Shown here piece by piece: positions 43,428-52,136 of a DNA stretch of 64,000 nucleotides; the first letter of the stretch is position 1, and each line of letters begins with the position of its first letter. The translations under genes and the position numbers were made by a program. The notes beneath the pieces were generated by a model. That model ran no database searches. It saw only the letters and a program-made list of their open reading frames with translations, and was not told where the DNA came from. The DNA comes from Bryobacterales bacterium (GTDB lineage: Bacteria > Acidobacteriota > Terriglobia > Bryobacterales > UBA6623), in contig OY729428.2 in NCBI GenBank assembly GCA_963422375.2, forward strand, positions 1,888,001 through 1,952,000, written 5' to 3'.

Positions 43428-45952
43428 TCACTGCGGGGCCCCGGCGATCTTGGCGAAGAAATCCGTCATCACTTCGTCCCGCAGTACGCGGGTCGCGACG
43501 CGCATCCTACGGCCGCGCTTGACCTCCTGCCAGGACAGGTCGTCGCCGAGGGCCGGGCTCGGCACGGTGATCGACTCGACCCAGCGCGGCTCGGCCAGCC
43601 AGGCAACTGCTGCCAGATCCCAGATCGCCAAGGTCCGCGACGGACGGTGCGGGGCGTGCTGCGCGGGGCTCCGCTCTTGGACCAGCTCGTACAGGTAGTC
43701 GCCCGCGGCCGAACTTCCGCTCAGTCGGCGCTCCAGCTCGTCCCGGCTCGCGCGCAGGTTCTCGGCCACTCCGGGAGCCGGTACTTGCATCAGACCGGCC
43801 CCTGAATCGAAAGGGAATTATATATCTGAGTGCCGACAACGCCATGGTCCGACTAGAACTGCTGTGAGCAGGGAGGTGGGTGTCGAGCTGGGGTCATTCG
43901 AGTGCGGCCGCGGCGGGCACAGAGGGGTGGGGTGTGGGATCGTATCTGAATCGAGCCTGCCAGCGGATTGGACGAGGAAGGGACTAGAGAGGCCGCCTCG
44001 CATGCGCCGGTTGCCCCGGTGGAACCCGGTTGGCGGTGGCAGGGCACGCCTTGCAAGCCGCTTGCAGGCCCTGCGAGGGCCGAAGACAGCGGATCCCCGG
44101 CGCTCGACGGCCTGCATGGACGGTCCGGACCGGACCGGGGTCGCGCCGGGGCATGCCGGATCCGGTGCGACCCTCGTACCGAGCGTGAAGCGCGCGCCCG
44201 CAGCGGGCTGCCGCGCTCGGCGCGGCGGGCGCCGCTCAGGCCGCGACCGCGGCCTGGCCGGTCAGCTGCCGGCAGGTCAGCGTCCGGCCGACCAAGCCCC
44301 GCGCCATGCGCCGCATCCGTTCCGCCGTCCCGCGAACTCCGTGAGGTAGCGGCCGAGATGACGGACGCTCATCCGGTGATAGGTGCCGTACAGGCCGCGC
44401 TTGAACAGGGACCCAAACGACTCGATGCCGTTCGTATGCGCCGCCCCGCGCACGTACTCGCCGCCGGAGTGCCTGACGGCTTCGTGCGCGAACTCCGCCA
44501 TGCCGGCGCAGGCCGCCGCCTCGTCGGAGCGGACCTGCGCCCCCGGCGCGACCCGGCCGCGCACGAAGCCCTGCAGGTCGCCCTCGGCGGTGCCCGGCAG
44601 CGGCCGCGCGGCCGCTGCGTTCGTGGCGCGGTCGCGCGCCCCCGCCACGGGCGTCTTGCCGACGGGCCCGCGCCCGGCGCGGGCCTTCTTCCTCTCGTGC
44701 TGGTTGCGTTCCTTGCCGCCGACGTAGGTCTCGTCCACCTCCACCGGGCCGGCGAACAGGCCCCGATCCCGCTCCCGGCACGCGCGGATGCGGTGCGCCA
44801 GGTGCCGGGCCGACTTCCGGCTGATGCCTAGGTCGCGGTGCAGCTTCATGCTCGAGACACCCTTGATGCCGGTAGTCAGCAGGAACAGGGCGACAGCCCG
44901 GGTGCGGTAGCCGAGCTTGGTGTCGGCCATCACGCTGCCGGTGCGCACCGAAAAGCGCCTGCCGCAGCCGCGGCAACGGTACGGCATCGAAGGGTGGGCC
45001 GCGTCGGACTGCACGCTGGAGCCGCGGCAGCGGGGGCACGCAGGACCGTCCGGCCAGCGCATGGATGCGAACCACTTTTCCGCGGATTCGTCATCGGGGA
45101 ACATGGCGATCACTTCGATCATTGTGATGCCTTTACGGAACCACTTTCCGGGACCTTGTTTCTTCATTTACGGTATCCCCTACTGGAACTATTCTACCAA
45201 GAAACACCACAGAATGTCAACGGAAATTCGGAAGAAATATGAAATCTTATTATGGCTTGATAATTTTGCCGACTTGATTCCCTCGGCACTCAGATATATA
45301 ATTCCCAATCGAAAAGCGCTCGGGTGGCGGCGAGGTCTTGGCGCAGGTTGAATTCCTCCGCCGACGCGAAGTGGTGCGGCGTGCCGCCGAGCCAGACGAC
45401 CGTGGTTCTGGATCCGACCTGCGGCTCCAATCGCAGCGCGGCGGCCACGTTCGTGGGCGCTCCGATCGCAACCAAGTAGTGAATCGCGGGCCCGCCGCCC
45501 ATGACGCGTTCGACGATGTGCTCCGCGGCTGGGCTGGCGACCGGCCTGCCTCCGACGCTCGTCCACGCCTTCGCTCCCTTGAAGACCGGGATCTCGCCTC
45601 CGATGCGCACGGCCTCGAGCACTGGTCCGATCTCGTCGTAGCTGCGCTCCATGCCGTCTCCCGGGTCGCGGACCCTTCGGTTCACGAAGGGCGCGGCGCA
45701 TGTCGCTTCGATCTGGATCGACTCTCTCGACAGGGCGGCGTACGCTAGGGCGAACTGGTCATCGAAGTCGTTCCCTGCGTCCGTGTCGATCAGAATGCGA
45801 GACTTTCCGACGGGCTGGGGTGCCGCGCTCCGTTGGCCGGACGCCGACCGGGCGGAAGCAGCGACGGAGCCGCCCAGCACCGCGAGGCCGCGGAGCGAGG
45901 AGAGCATCTGCCTCCTTGACGGGTGCCGGGGCCGCTCGGAGCGGGCGCGCAA
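43428..45952 (-). pseudogene. Nucleoside hydrolase family protein (Tat-like), interrupted by IS1595
   Basis: ILIDTDAGNDFDDQFAL, AIGAPTNVA, EFNL.QD..A...LFD joins SGAGL..IWDLAAVAWL in frame once the IS and one TSD copy are removed. Confidence 0.9.
43813..45306 (-). mobile_element. IS1595-family element (1494 bp), transposase 44277-45167 degenerate near its C-terminus
   Basis: Perfect 24-bp IRs. 8-bp TSD AATCGAAA at 43805-43812 and 45307-45314. Motifs RWPDGP.CPRC, GPVEVDETYVGG, HTNGIESF, YL.EFAGR. Confidence 0.95.
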
Positions 45953-46001
45953 ACCGGCTACGCCTTGGACGGCTGGCCAGGCTACCCGCCAGTGCCGCCC
46001 G

Positions 46002-46907
46002 TCAGCGTTCGATCCAGCGGTAGGCAGACTTGCTGTTGAGGCGGAAGTACTTCTCCCGGGCCTCGTCGCTCTTGCCGTCGAAGTACTCCCGGACGATGCC
46101 GATGACTTGCGCGTAGGTCCCGAGAGGGTCGCTGTTCGGCCAGTCGCTGCCGTACAGGACGCGGTCCTCGCCGAATGCCCCCGCGATTTCGTCGATCGTC
46201 GATCGGTAGTCGTCCAGCGAGTACGAGACCGTGCCTCCTCTGTCTAGCAGTACGGCGGAGATCTTGACGTACGTCTGCGGTCGTGCGGAGAACTCGCGCA
46301 GGATGCCTTCGTAGCGGCTGCGCTGCGACCGCTCGACCTGCATCTTCGGAAGATGGTCCACGACGATGCGCAGGTCGGGCACTTGGTCCGAGAGCCGCAG
46401 CAGGCCGTCGAGCAGGTCTAGGTTGGGGTTCGCGCTGTCCAGCGAGAATTCGCGCTCCGCAAGCAGGCGCATGTCTCGGATGAACTGCGGGTTGTCGAGC
46501 TGCTGAACCAGGTCCCGCCCCCAGAGGTCGCCGTACCGGATGCCTCGAAACAGCGGGTTCGCGCCGAAGCGGCCCAGATGCCCGCCGAATCCCGGCTTGC
46601 CTGCGTCGAGGAATCCCACCAGACCCACGACGGAGCGCTCCTCCGCTGCGACATCGAGGACCCATTGGTTGTCCTCGATGCGCGGGCTGCATTCCACCAC
46701 GACCGCACCCGCAACACCGTGGCTCCTCGCGACGCTGCGGAAGCGGGCCGGGTAGGTCGGCTTGGAGCGAATCGGGTCGTCGGCGGGCGGCCACGGAATC
46801 CCGCCCGGGCGGTACGGGTCGAACAGGTGAATGTGCGTGTCGATGGCTGGGAAGGGAAGAGGGGTAGCGGCAGCCGCGGCGGAGAGCAGGAATGTCCGGC
46901 GGGTCAC
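46002..46907 (-). CDS. Amidohydrolase_2 family protein (Tat signal; sugar-lactonase-like)
   Basis: TRRTFL, IDTHIH, VVDHLP, YVKIS, FGEDRVLYGSDWP. Confidence 0.9.
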   Translation of the reverse strand: MTRRTFLLSAAAAATPLPFPAIDTHIHLFDPYRPGGIPWPPADDPIRSKPTYPARFRSVARSHGVAGAVVVECSPRIEDNQWVLDVAAEERSVVGLVGFLDAGKPGFGGHLGRFGANPLFRGIRYGDLWGRDLVQQLDNPQFIRDMRLLAEREFSLDSANPNLDLLDGLLRLSDQVPDLRIVVDHLPKMQVERSQRSRYEGILREFSARPQTYVKISAVLLDRGGTVSYSLDDYRSTIDEIAGAFGEDRVLYGSDWPNSDPLGTYAQVIGIVREYFDGKSDEAREKYFRLNSKSAYRWIER

Positions 46908-47229
46908 GCCAAGAGTATATGGGAGTATATGGGGGCGGCCCTCCTGGCGTCCCCCGCGGCATCCGTTTCAGCGGCAGGCCGCCGCGCCGTCGGCCTCGCA
47001 GAGCGGGTCGGCTCGAGCGGAGGACCTTGCCAGACCGCCTGCCGGTGCAGGTATCTCGCGGCGGAGCAGGCGATTGCGAGCCGAGCGCCGCGCCGGTGCG
47101 GCGCTCGGCCCCGCGGTCTGTATCAAGATAAACTCGGGCTGGTGCGCCAGGCCTCCGTTTCCGGGAGTTGGCTGCCTTCGCCCGGGCCGCGAGGGATCCT
47201 GCTGCTGAGCCCCTGACGAGGCCGATTAA

Positions 47230-48645
47230 ATGGAACCTGTGGAAGACGCTCAGCGCGCGGCGACGCTCCGCTCACTCCCGAGTGTCGAGGAAGTGCTGCG
47301 ATCAGCCGACGCGGCCAGCTGGATTGCGTTCCTGCCGCGCGAGCGCGTAACGGACTTGGTGCGCGCAACGCTTGCGGAGATCCGCGGTCAGGTCCTGGCC
47401 GGCGCCCCGACCCACGGCGAAGACCCGGCCGAGGAAGTGAAGCGGCGGGTCGGTCGCACTATCGACGGCCTGCTGCGCAGCACGCTGCGTCCGGCGATCA
47501 ATGCCTCGGGCGTGATCCTGCACACGAACCTAGGGCGGGCCCCGCTCAGCCGGGCGGCGATCGAAGCCATCGTCGAGACTTCCGGCTGCTACACCAATCT
47601 CGAGTACGACATCGCGCTGGGCCGTCGCGGACGGCGGGACGTCCATTGCGGCGAATTGCTTAGGAACCTGCTGGGGGCGCCCGCCATCGTCGTCAACAAC
47701 AACGCGGCCGCGGTCTTTCTCGTGCTGAGAGAGCTGGCCGCGGGCGGAGAGGTGATCGTGTCGCGCGGCGAGCTGATCGAGATCGGGGACGGGTTCCGCA
47801 TTCCCGAGATTCTCCAGGCGTCGGGAGCGGCCCTGCGCGAGGTGGGCACGACGAATCGCACCCGTCTAGACGACTACCGGCGCGCGATTGGCCCGGAGAC
47901 CAAGGCACTGATTCGGATTCATCCCAGCAATTTCCGGCAGGTGGGATTCACGGGTCGGCCATCGCTGAAAGAACTGGCCGGGCTGGCGCGTGCCGAATCG
48001 ATACCGCTGATCGAAGATCTCGGCAGCGGGTGCCTGGGCGGACTGGAAGGAACCGGCATGGAAGGGGAGCCGCGCGCGATCGACAGCTTGGGCCAGGGGG
48101 CCGACGTGGTGACGTTCTCGGGCGACAAGCTGCTCGGCGGTCCCCAAGCCGGCATCATCGCGGGCGAGGCAGAGACGGTGGAGCGGATCCGCCGCAATCC
48201 CCTGTTCCGCGCCCTGCGCGTGGACAAGCTCACCTTGGCGGCACTGGCGGCCACGCTCAGGAGCTTCGTGACGGGCCGGCCCGACGACGTGCCGGTGCTG
48301 CGGATGGCGCGCACGTCGGTCGAGGAACTCGCCAAGCGGGCACGGCGGTTCGTCCGGCGGCTCGAGATGCTCCACATGCCGCACGCCGAAGTGGTCCACG
48401 GCGAATCGCTGCTGGGTGGCGGCTCGACGCCGATGCAGACTCTGCCTGCGGCACTGGTGGCCGTCAGCGGTCCCCCCGGGCTTGCGGTTCGCAGGATCGA
48501 GGCGGCCCTGCGCGTGAGCGACCCTCCTGTGATCGCCCGGGTCGAGAGGGACCGTCTGCTGCTAGACTTGCGTACGGTGCGGGAGACCGAAGAGGACGAC
48601 CTCCTCGCAGCGGTCCTGCGGTCCACCGGCGCGACGGACGTCTAG
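47230..48645 (+). CDS. selA: L-seryl-tRNA(Sec) selenium transferase
   Basis: INASGVILHTNLGRA, NLEY, VNNNAAA, SRGELIEIG.GFRIP, EVGTTNRT, DLGSG, FSGDKLLGGPQAG, RALRVDK. Confidence 0.97.
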   Translation: MEPVEDAQRAATLRSLPSVEEVLRSADAASWIAFLPRERVTDLVRATLAEIRGQVLAGAPTHGEDPAEEVKRRVGRTIDGLLRSTLRPAINASGVILHTNLGRAPLSRAAIEAIVETSGCYTNLEYDIALGRRGRRDVHCGELLRNLLGAPAIVVNNNAAAVFLVLRELAAGGEVIVSRGELIEIGDGFRIPEILQASGAALREVGTTNRTRLDDYRRAIGPETKALIRIHPSNFRQVGFTGRPSLKELAGLARAESIPLIEDLGSGCLGGLEGTGMEGEPRAIDSLGQGADVVTFSGDKLLGGPQAGIIAGEAETVERIRRNPLFRALRVDKLTLAALAATLRSFVTGRPDDVPVLRMARTSVEELAKRARRFVRRLEMLHMPHAEVVHGESLLGGGSTPMQTLPAALVAVSGPPGLAVRRIEAALRVSDPPVIARVERDRLLLDLRTVRETEEDDLLAAVLRSTGATDV

Positions 48646-48649
48646 CGCG

Positions 48650-49057
48650 ATGAAGTTCAGCGTGTCGACGCGAGGATTCACCGACATCCTTGACATCACC
48701 GCGAAAGTCAAGGAACTGGCGGCTGGCTCCGGAGCGGGGGACGGCGTGGTCCACGTGTTCGTCGCAGGATCGACCGCGGCTCTCTCGACTATCGAGTTCG
48801 AACCGGGCGCGGTGCGTGACCTGAAGGAGGCGCTCGAACGCATCGCCCCGATGGACGCCGCGTACCACCACAACGAGGCGTGGCACGACGGCAACGGCTA
48901 CGCGCACTTGCGGGCGGCGCTGATGAAGCCGTCGCTGTCGGTGCCAATGGAAGGCGGCCGGCTCGTGCTCGGCACATGGCAGCAGCTCGTGCTGCTTGAC
49001 TTCGACAACCGTCCGCGTCGGCGGACAGTTCATGTCAGGGTGAGCGCGTGCGCCTGA
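48650..49057 (+). CDS. yjbQ: YjbQ / UPF0047 family protein
   Basis: DITAKV, GSTAA..TIE.E, NG.AHLRA, LGTWQ..L.DFD.RPR.R. Confidence 0.92.
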   Translation: MKFSVSTRGFTDILDITAKVKELAAGSGAGDGVVHVFVAGSTAALSTIEFEPGAVRDLKEALERIAPMDAAYHHNEAWHDGNGYAHLRAALMKPSLSVPMEGGRLVLGTWQQLVLLDFDNRPRRRTVHVRVSACA

Positions 49058-49133
49058 CGGGGCGTGCCCGCGCGTAGGCCCGCGCAGGCACTCGTCTGCA
49101 ACCATGTTGCATTTTGAGCTATACTCGATTCCT

Positions 49134-50453
49134 ATGCCTGGTCACCTCGCCGCCCCTGCGCCGGGGGCCCCCGCGCGGGATCGATCTCTCCGGTTGTCGG
49201 CATCGCGGACGGCGCGCCGCTGCTTGGCCTGCTGCGCGCTTGCCTTGGGGCTCTGCTCCGCGGCCGCGGCGCGTGCCTCTGAGGCCGTCACGTGGATCGA
49301 GTCCTACGACGAGGCGCTCGCGGAGGCCCGCCGGACGGGCAAGCCGATCTTCCTCGAATTCCGGTGCGCGCCCTGAAGGGCCGGGAGGGAATTCGACGCA
49401 CAGGTTGTGCTGACCGACGAAGACACCAAGCGGGGGCGCCTGCTGCGGCAGTACGTAACCGCGCGTATCACGCGGATGGACCGAATCAACATCGGGCTAT
49501 TCGACTTCGACCGGTACAACACGCTCTACTTTTTCGCGCTCAACGCGGACGAGCAGATTTACCTCCGATACGGAGGTCGGGACGAAAGGTCTGCCACGAC
49601 CTACCTGGACCTCGAGAGCCTAGAGCTTGCGCTCGAGAGGGGGCTCGATCTGCATCGTCGCTATCTCGTCGGCAAGCTGCCCCGGAAACCGGTGCCGCCA
49701 GCCCGGTACCCCCGCGAAATCCCAGCCCTGCACGAGCGCACGGTCCAGCGCGGCCGCTGCGTGGAATGCCACCTGATCGGCGATCTCGAGAACGTGCAAC
49801 GCGAGCGGGACGGAACGCTTGACAAGCTGACCCACCTATACCGCGCGCCGGAGATCAGGCGAATCGGCATTGAACTGGATATCCCGAAGGGCCTTCGCGT
49901 GGAGCAGGCCAGCGGCGGCGCAGCCGCCGCCGGAATGCGTCCGGGGGACGAGATTCGCGCCGTCAACGGAGTCGATGTCTGGACGTTCGGGGACCTGCAG
50001 TGGGAGCTCGGCAAACTGCCCCACACCGCGAAGGATCTCGGGATTGGCGTCCTGCGGGACGGAAGGCGCGAGCCGCTCCGAGTGGGCCTACAGCCATTCT
50101 GGTGGCTAACGGATCTGACGTACCGCAACCTCTCGGTGGATCCCCGCGTCTATTTCACTTCGTCCGCCTTGGACGAGCGGGAAAAGGTCGAGCTTGGCTT
50201 CGACCCCCGCGGATTTGCCAGTCGGGTAGTATCGATCGATCCGCTGGCCGAGCTCCTCGGCAGCCACCAGCTCCGGGAGGGTGACGTAATTTACGGTGTG
50301 GACGGCAAGTTCGTGGATGACGTCGCCGATACGGCCCACTTGTACATCAAGCTGCGCAAGCAGGCTGGATCCGAGGTAACTTTGCAGGTCCTGCGCGGGC
50401 GCCAGCGCATGGCACTTGCGCTCAAGACGGAGAGGATGAGTTTTCGGAAATGA
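49134..50453 (+). CDS. Putative exported selenoprotein: thioredoxin-like CxxU domain + CxxCH + PDZ-like domains (about 439 aa, Sec at 49374-49376)
   Basis: ORFs 49104-49376 and 49407-50453 are in the same frame, separated only by TGA in EFRCAP*. Trx_7-like W...YDEALAEAR..GKPIFL. CVECH at 49758-49772. AA.AG.RPGDEI.AVNG and L.EGD.I..VDG PDZ-like motifs. SECIS-like hairpin and adjacent selA. Confidence 0.85.
49393..49417 (+). promoter_or_regulatory. Candidate bacterial SECIS element
   Basis: TCG-AC-GCAC[AGGTT]GTGC-TGAC-CGA hairpin. Apical loop begins 26 nt after the TGA and resembles the E. coli fdhF GCAGGUCUGC apex. Confidence 0.7.
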
Positions 50454-50995
50454 ATGCGCTCTGCCGAGCCGTCGCTGCGCTGGCTGTCACGGCCAGCCTC
50501 TGGGCCGGCGACTGGTCCGAGCCAGTGGAGGCCACTGCCCGTGACGGCACGGCGCTCGTCACGTGTCGCGCGAGGGTCGCCGGAGAATTTCTCGTGGTTG
50601 AAGTCACCGCCGCCGCCGGCTGGCACGTCTACGCCATGGACAACGAGCAGAGGGCGAGGGAAGCGCTGGCCGGGAAGATGTCGCTGGGCGTCGAGCGGAA
50701 TACGGAGGTCTTGGTATCGGGCGGCTTGGAGCAGGTCGGCGTCTGGTACCAGAGCACTCCCGACGACCATTCGCAGCCCGAGTTGCGGTGGTACTCGTAC
50801 GGTTTCGAGGGGACGACCCTGCTGGCTAGCCGGGTCCGGCGCACGGGAGGCGAAATGGCGAGCGTCGAGGTCCGCGCCCAGGCGTGCGACAGCGCCAGCT
50901 GCGTTAGCGTCGAGGCCGAGCTGCGGGTGAAGGTGCCCGGCGGCGACGGCGCGGCCTTCGCCTTGGATGGCCTAGTCCCCGTGCGGGGTTCGTGA
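50450..50995 (+). CDS. Secreted DsbD N-terminal-domain-like protein
   Basis: ATGA overlap with the selenoprotein stop. Signal peptide, GWHVYA, and QACDSASC (Cx4C) near the C-terminus. Confidence 0.65.
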   Translation: MNALCRAVAALAVTASLWAGDWSEPVEATARDGTALVTCRARVAGEFLVVEVTAAAGWHVYAMDNEQRAREALAGKMSLGVERNTEVLVSGGLEQVGVWYQSTPDDHSQPELRWYSYGFEGTTLLASRVRRTGGEMASVEVRAQACDSASCVSVEAELRVKVPGGDGAAFALDGLVPVRGS

Positions 50996-51014
50996 GGCCG
51001 GGCGGCCGGCTCCA

Positions 51015-52136
51015 TTACAGGGTCGGGGGGTCCCAGTGGTGCTCGCTGGGCAGCGGCAGTCGGACCGTGCGCCGCTCCGCGTACGACCGGTAGCCCGCCT
51101 GCACGACTTCCAACGCCCTGAAGCCGTCGGTTCCGTCCGCCCGAGGCTCCGCGCCGCTCTGGATGGCGACGAAGAACGCGCGGAACTGGTCTTCGAACGT
51201 CCTGCGCCTCGGCGGCCAGATATCCACCCAGCCGGGCTCGAGATCTCCCCACCAGCGCGCGGGCCGGGTCCACGCAAGCACTTCTGGAGGCAACACTGTT
51301 GCAGGATCGGACTCCAAATACAACGACAGCGGGGCCGACTGGAACGGCGCGGTGATGAACGCGCTGCAGCATAAGGCCGCCTGCGTCCCGTACAGTGCGA
51401 GCGGGGAAGCGAACGGGCGGGAAAAGCGATGCCAGCCGAGCGATCCGATCGCCCCTGACTGCATCCTGAGCGTCAGGACCACGCTGTCGTCCCTGTCGTG
51501 GCATGCCAGCACGGATGCCATCTCGCAGGAGACCGAGCCAATCTCGCCCAGCAGGTCCCGGATCTGATCGATGCGGTGCTGCCCGACATCGACCAAGGTG
51601 AATCCGCCTCCTTGCTTGACGTCGAACCGGTAGTTCCGCAGGCCTCCGGGAATGACGTCGATGGGCTCGGAAATCGTTCCGCTGAAGGCTCGAACCTCGC
51701 CAAGGATGCCGGCTTCGATCAGGCTCTTGGCGCAGGCATGCTCGGCGCTGAAGCGATGGTGGAACCCTAGCTGGAGCACGACTCCGGCCCTCGCTGCCGA
51801 TTCGTTCATCGCGCTGGCGTCCGCAAGGGACAGGGCGATCGGCTTCTCGCACAGCACGTGGCGGCGCGCGTCGAAGGCCAGCTCGGCTTGTTCGCGGTGG
51901 AACGCATTCGGCGACGCGACGAGCACCGCCTCGACACCCGCTGCTTGGATGGCTTCCGCCGCGCTGGAAGCGACCAGCGGGATGTCGAAACGCTCGGCGA
52001 CGGCCAGAGCGGCGTCACGGCAGGGATCGAACACGCTGACAGCCTTGGCCCCGACGGTCCGCAGGGCGGGAAGGTGGCGCTCGGCGACGACGGAGCCCGC
52101 CCCTATGATTGCGAACGATGGACGTAACGCTGCCAT
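51015..52136 (-). CDS. Gfo/Idh/MocA family oxidoreductase
   Basis: IIGAG, SPNAFH, HVLCEKPIA, GGG...DVG.H.ID. Confidence 0.92.
   Translation of the reverse strand: MAALRPSFAIIGAGSVVAERHLPALRTVGAKAVSVFDPCRDAALAVAERFDIPLVASSAAEAIQAAGVEAVLVASPNAFHREQAELAFDARRHVLCEKPIALSLADASAMNESAARAGVVLQLGFHHRFSAEHACAKSLIEAGILGEVRAFSGTISEPIDVIPGGLRNYRFDVKQGGGFTLVDVGQHRIDQIRDLLGEIGSVSCEMASVLACHDRDDSVVLTLRMQSGAIGSLGWHRFSRPFASPLALYGTQAALCCSAFITAPFQSAPLSLYLESDPATVLPPEVLAWTRPARWWGDLEPGWVDIWPPRRRTFEDQFRAFFVAIQSGAEPRADGTDGFRALEVVQAGYRSYAERRTVRLPLPSEHHWDPPTL

Noticed and set aside
46910..47229. Possible tRNA-Sec (selC) upstream of selA
   Set aside because: I could not find a TCA anticodon arm, T-loop or acceptor stem.
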